Positions 60,237-64,000 of a stretch of 64,000 bases of DNA are shown piece by piece. The notes beneath the pieces are model-generated. The model saw nothing but the letters and a program-made list of their open reading frames with translations. It had not been told where the DNA came from and did no database searches. This DNA is from the human T2T-CHM13v2.0 reference genome, Homo sapiens: assembly GCF_009914755.1 (NCBI RefSeq), contig NC_060927.1. One strand, given 5' to 3'. The translations under genes were made by a program, and so were the position numbers. Within the stretch, counting starts at the first letter, position 1. Each line of letters begins with the position of its first letter.

Positions 60237-61614
60237 AGTATGTACATCCCCAAATGATTTGGGGGTTTAAGGATAATAGGAGAAGCAGTGCTAGGTGTAT
60301 TAATATTAGGGTATTTTTCTCACAATGAAAGAGGGTTTAATATTGTTGATGTGATACGTGAAGACCCCTCATTGTGTGGTGATTAGTATGTACAGAAAGT
60401 AGAGGGCTGTGATTAACATGTTAAGTCCCACAAGAATGATGGTGAGATTGGATCAAGAGAATAAGGCTATGGATATGAAGAGTTCCGCTACTAAATTAAT
60501 GGTAGGGGGTAGGGCAAGGTTGGTGAGGCTAGCTAAAAGTCATCACATGGCCATTAGTGGGAGTAGTGTCTGAAGGCCTCGAGTAAGTAGTATAGTTTGG
60601 CTCTGAACTCATTCATAGTTCAAGTTTGCTAGGCGGAATAGTAGGGACAAAGTTAGTCCGTGGGCAATTATAGGGGTGGTTGCACCTATAAAGCTTCAGG
60701 GGTTTGAATAAGAACAGCCACAATAACAAGCGCCATGTAGTTTACAGGGGAGTAAGCAATGAGCGATTTTAGATCAGTTTGGCGTAGATAAATGGAGCTT
60801 GTCATAATTATTCTCATAGGGATATTATAAGGAAGGGTAGGCTGTGAATTCTGTCAAGGGGTTAAGGATTAGAGTGACCTGTATCATTCCGTAGCTGCCT
60901 AATTTTAGGAATACGGCTGCAAGTACCATTGAGCCGGCAATGGGGGCTTCTATGTGGGCTTTAGCAAGTCATAGGTGGAGTCTGTAGAGAGGCATTTTTA
61001 CCATAAATGCCACGATGCATGCTAGTCATAGAAGGTTGTTAGATCCAGAGTTGTTATTTCTTGAGTAGTATATATGGTGATTAACATAGTTAGTGAGCCT
61101 GAGGCATTTTGTGTATAGATAAGTGCTACAAGTAAAGGTAAGGATCCTACCAGTGTATAAGATAAGAAGTACAAGCCTGCTTTCAGGCATTCTGCTTGAT
61201 TACCTCAACCAGTAATAATAATTAGGGTGGGAGCTAGTGTGGCTTCACAGATAATACAAAATATGATTAGTTCTGTGGCCGTGAATGTTATAATTAAAAA
61301 TATCTGTATCCCTGCTAGTACTGATATATAAAATTTTTTTTCCTGGGAACGATTCTTTGGATAGATTATATTGGCTTGCTAAAATTATAAGGGATAGTAG
61401 CCAGGCTGTTAGGATTAGAAGGGGTGATGACAGTGGATCAGAAAAAAAAAAAGTTAATGAGAAGTTGAAGAGTTATCATTAAATTGGTTGAAGAATAGCA
61501 GGCTGATGAGACAGATAAGTAAACTGTGGAAGCTGTATTAATTCAGATTATAGAGTTCTTAGAGCATCACATTATTGGGAGTAATATAATTGTTGGGATA
61601 ATAATTTTTAGCAT
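60237..61614 (-). pseudogene. MT-ND4: NUMT ND4 pseudogene
   Basis: ATGCTAAAA start overlapping the ND4L stop by 7 nt; [17 protein letters not shown] and [12 protein letters not shown] motifs; frameshifts. Confidence 0.93.
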
Positions 61615-61796
61615 TGGAGTAAATTTAGGTTTGTACATAATCTAGGCCAAAGGTGTTGGAGACTGTAACTAGTAAGGCTAAACCTACAGCAGCTTCGCAG
61701 GCTGCAAAAACTAAGAGGATAATAGGTATTATGGATGCCAGCATGAAATGTATATTTAAAATTACGAGAGTACTTATAATAAATATTGATAGTATT

Positions 61797-62053
61797 GGCT
61801 GGGCGCCATGGCTCATGCTGCAATCCCAGCACTTTGGGAGGCCAAGGCAGGTAAATCACTTGAGGTCAGGAGTTCGAGACCAGCCTGGCCAACATGATGA
61901 AACCCCATCCCTATTGAAAATACAAAAACTTGCCAGGCATGGTGGTGTGCGCCTGTAATCCCAGCTACTCAGGAGGCTGAGTCAGGAGAATTACTTGAAC
62001 CCGGGAGGCGGAGGTTGCAGTGAGCTGAGATCGGGCCACTGCACTCCATCTCT
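61797..62053 (+). mobile_element. AluS inside NUMT ND4L
   Basis: Dimer with a deletion between the two actcca motifs near the 3' end. Confidence 0.92.
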
Positions 62054-62055
62054 AA

Positions 62056-62082
62056 AGATAGATAGATAGATAGATGCTAGAT

Positions 62083-62123
<41 letters not shown>

Positions 62124-62187
62124 ATAGATACATGATAGATAGATGATAGATAGGTACATAGATACATAGATAGACAGGTAGAAAGAA
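62056..62187 (+). repeat. Compound (GATA)n tetranucleotide STR
   Basis: gata arrays with gatg/gaca/aata interruptions in place of the Alu tail. Confidence 0.95.
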
Positions 62188-62300
62188 AGTATTATGCCTT
62201 CTAGGCATAGTAGGGACAATATCAGGTGGGATTGATAGACTATTACCCCGACTAAAGACATAATAAAAGCTAATATAATATTAATATAAATAGAAGGCAT

Positions 62301-62367
62301 TTGGTAATTATGATATATCATAATCTAAAGAATCGAAATCATTTATTTTGACTTAAACTATTCACCA
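62301..62367 (-). tRNA. NUMT mt-tRNA-Arg pseudogene
   Basis: TGGTGAATAGTTTAAGTCAAAATAAATGATTTCGATTC; anticodon TCG. Confidence 0.87.
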
Positions 62368-62713
62368 ACTCAATTCATTCTAATCCTTTTTGGGTTCATT
62401 TGTAGGCTAGACTGAAGATTAAAATGATAATTAATATGAGAGCTGTACTAATTATTAATTTTAGGTCAGTTGTCTGAAAAGCTCATGGTGGGAGTAGTAG
62501 TAGGGTGATTTCTAGATCAAAGAGGAGAAATGTGATGGCTACTAGGAAGCACTTTATGGAAAAGGAGAGGCAGGCAGAGCCTATCAGGTCAAAGCCGCAT
62601 TCATAGGGGCTGGATTTTTCTGTGTAGATATTAAGTTGTTGGAGTCAAAATGCAATTGTTACTAGTAAGAGTGTTAGTAAGGTGTCAGTTGCTAAGGCTA
62701 ATGTTAGATTAAT
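62368..62713 (-). pseudogene. MT-ND3: NUMT ND3 pseudogene
   Basis: [11 protein letters not shown] and [14 protein letters not shown] motifs. Confidence 0.92.
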
Positions 62714-62778
62714 AACTCTTTTTCAGGTAATGCTGAAGCTAATTGATTGGAAGTCAATTGTACTGTTATACTAAGAGT
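62714..62778 (-). tRNA. NUMT mt-tRNA-Gly pseudogene
   Basis: ACTCTTAGTATAACAGTACAATTGACTTCCAATC; anticodon TCC. Confidence 0.87.
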
Positions 62779-63563
62779 ATGATCCTTGTTAATAGATAGA
62801 AACATATAGGAATAGTCATATTACATCTACAAAGTGCCAGTATCAGACTGAGGCTTCAAATCCACAATGGCAGTTAGATGTATACTGAAATTTTAGTTGG
62901 CGGAGTAGGCAGACAGTAAGAAATGTTGATCCAATAATAACGTGAAGCCTGTGAAAACCTGTGGCTATGAAGAATGTTGAGCTGTAAACTCCAGCAGAGA
63001 TAGTGAAAGGGACTTCAAAATATTCTGAGGCTTGTAGAGGTGTAAAGTAAATGCCTAGGGCAATTGTGATACACAGTGCCTGAAGTATGTATTTTTGATT
63101 ACCTTCTATTAAGCTTTGGTGAGCCCAAGTAATTGAAACCCCGGATGCAAGTAAAACAGATGTATTAAGAAAAGGGACTTCTAAGAGGCTAGGGGGAGAG
63201 ATGCTTGTTGGAGGCCAGCATCCTCCTAATTCTGGAGTGGGGGCTGGGCTAGAGTGATAGAATGCTCAGAAGAAGCTGGCGGAAAAAGAACACCTCTGAA
63301 ATAATGAGTAAGATTTTTCTGTATGAAAGGCCTTTTTGAACAGTTGATGTATGGTGGCCTTGGAATGGGCCTTCTCGGATAATATTGCATCATCATTGAT
63401 ATATTGTTAATGTATTGGTTAGTAGCCCAAAGTCAGGAAGGCAGTTGAGTTAAAATGAAATCATATGGCTAGGCCAGAAGTTATAAGTAGTGCTGAAAGG
63501 ACTCCTGTTAGTGGTCAGGGGGCTAGGGTTAACTATGTGGTAAGCCTGAGTTTGGAGGGTCAT
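62779..63563 (-). pseudogene. MT-CO3: NUMT COX3 pseudogene
   Basis: ATGACC start abutting the ATP6 stop; [21 protein letters not shown] and YWHFVDV motifs; frameshifts. Confidence 0.93.
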
Positions 63564-64000
63564 TATGTGTTGCTGTGTAAGTAGAGGCTCACTAGGAGTG
63601 TAAAGACATAGGTATGAATGAGGGCTATGGCAAACTTGAGGATGGTTAGTAAAACTAGAATAATAAATGTAATTGAAGCTGTCGGTAGGCTAATAGTTGA
63701 TAATACTAGTGTAGCTCCTCCAATTAAATGCATTAGTAGGTGGCCAGCTGTATTGTTGGCTGTTAATCGTACAGCTAGTGCTATTGGTTGGATGAATAGG
63801 CTAAGTTTCAATGATTACCAATATAGGGATAAGTGGAATCAGTGTGCTTGTGGTAGGAAGTAGGCTACAGAAGCTTTAGTCTTAAAGCAGAAGCAGTGAC
63901 TACTACTCCAGCTCACAAAGGAATTGCTATTTCTAAGTTTATTGATAGTTGAGTAGTTGGTGTAAATGAATGGGATAGAAGTCCAAGAAGATTAGTTGAA
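63563..64000 (-). pseudogene. MT-ATP6: NUMT ATP6 pseudogene (3' part)
   Basis: [37 protein letters not shown]. Confidence 0.93.

Larger units (their letters stand above)
61608..62300 (-). pseudogene. MT-ND4L: NUMT ND4L pseudogene interrupted by Alu plus (GATA)n
   Basis: [18 protein letters not shown] / [26 protein letters not shown]. Confidence 0.93.
59995..64000 (-). pseudogene. Old NUMT (nuclear mitochondrial insertion), ATP6 to start of ND5, continuing past the window end
   Basis: Vertebrate mtDNA gene order preserved; frameshifts and an Alu insertion show it is nuclear. Confidence 0.97.

Noticed and set aside
59995-64000. Functional mitochondrial genes or mtDNA contamination
   Set aside because: Frameshifts, an internal Alu and a direct junction with L1 show a nuclear pseudogene

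Overview
Primate (very likely human) AT-rich, repeat-dense DNA with no intact protein-coding gene; almost all listed ORFs are Alu-, L1- or mtDNA-derived. Contents: a minus-strand LOR1-type ERV1 remnant (1-4186), about 22 Alus, several old and mid-age L1s (nearly all on +), MaLR/ERV1 LTR fragments, a processed FCF1 pseudogene (14510-15613) and, at the right edge, an old NUMT (59995-64000, minus strand: ND5 start, tRNA-Leu/Ser/His, ND4, ND4L, tRNA-Arg, ND3, tRNA-Gly, COX3, part of ATP6). Most interesting: (1) a TSD-flanked chimeric retrocopy in which a KRAB-ZNF-like first exon plus ~120 nt of unknown sequence is joined to an L1PA8-10-like element at about the known L1 5'UTR splice acceptor (19069-25110); (2) a very degraded intronless WDR26-like fossil (31255-32110); (3) a ~330-bp AT-rich fold-back palindrome; (4) several non-canonical insertion or rearrangement scars; (5) candidate minus-strand non-coding exons. 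Repeat subfamily calls are by eye from remembered consensi. The suggested locus (human 3q13.12, LINC00882/FCF1P3 region) is recall, not verified.
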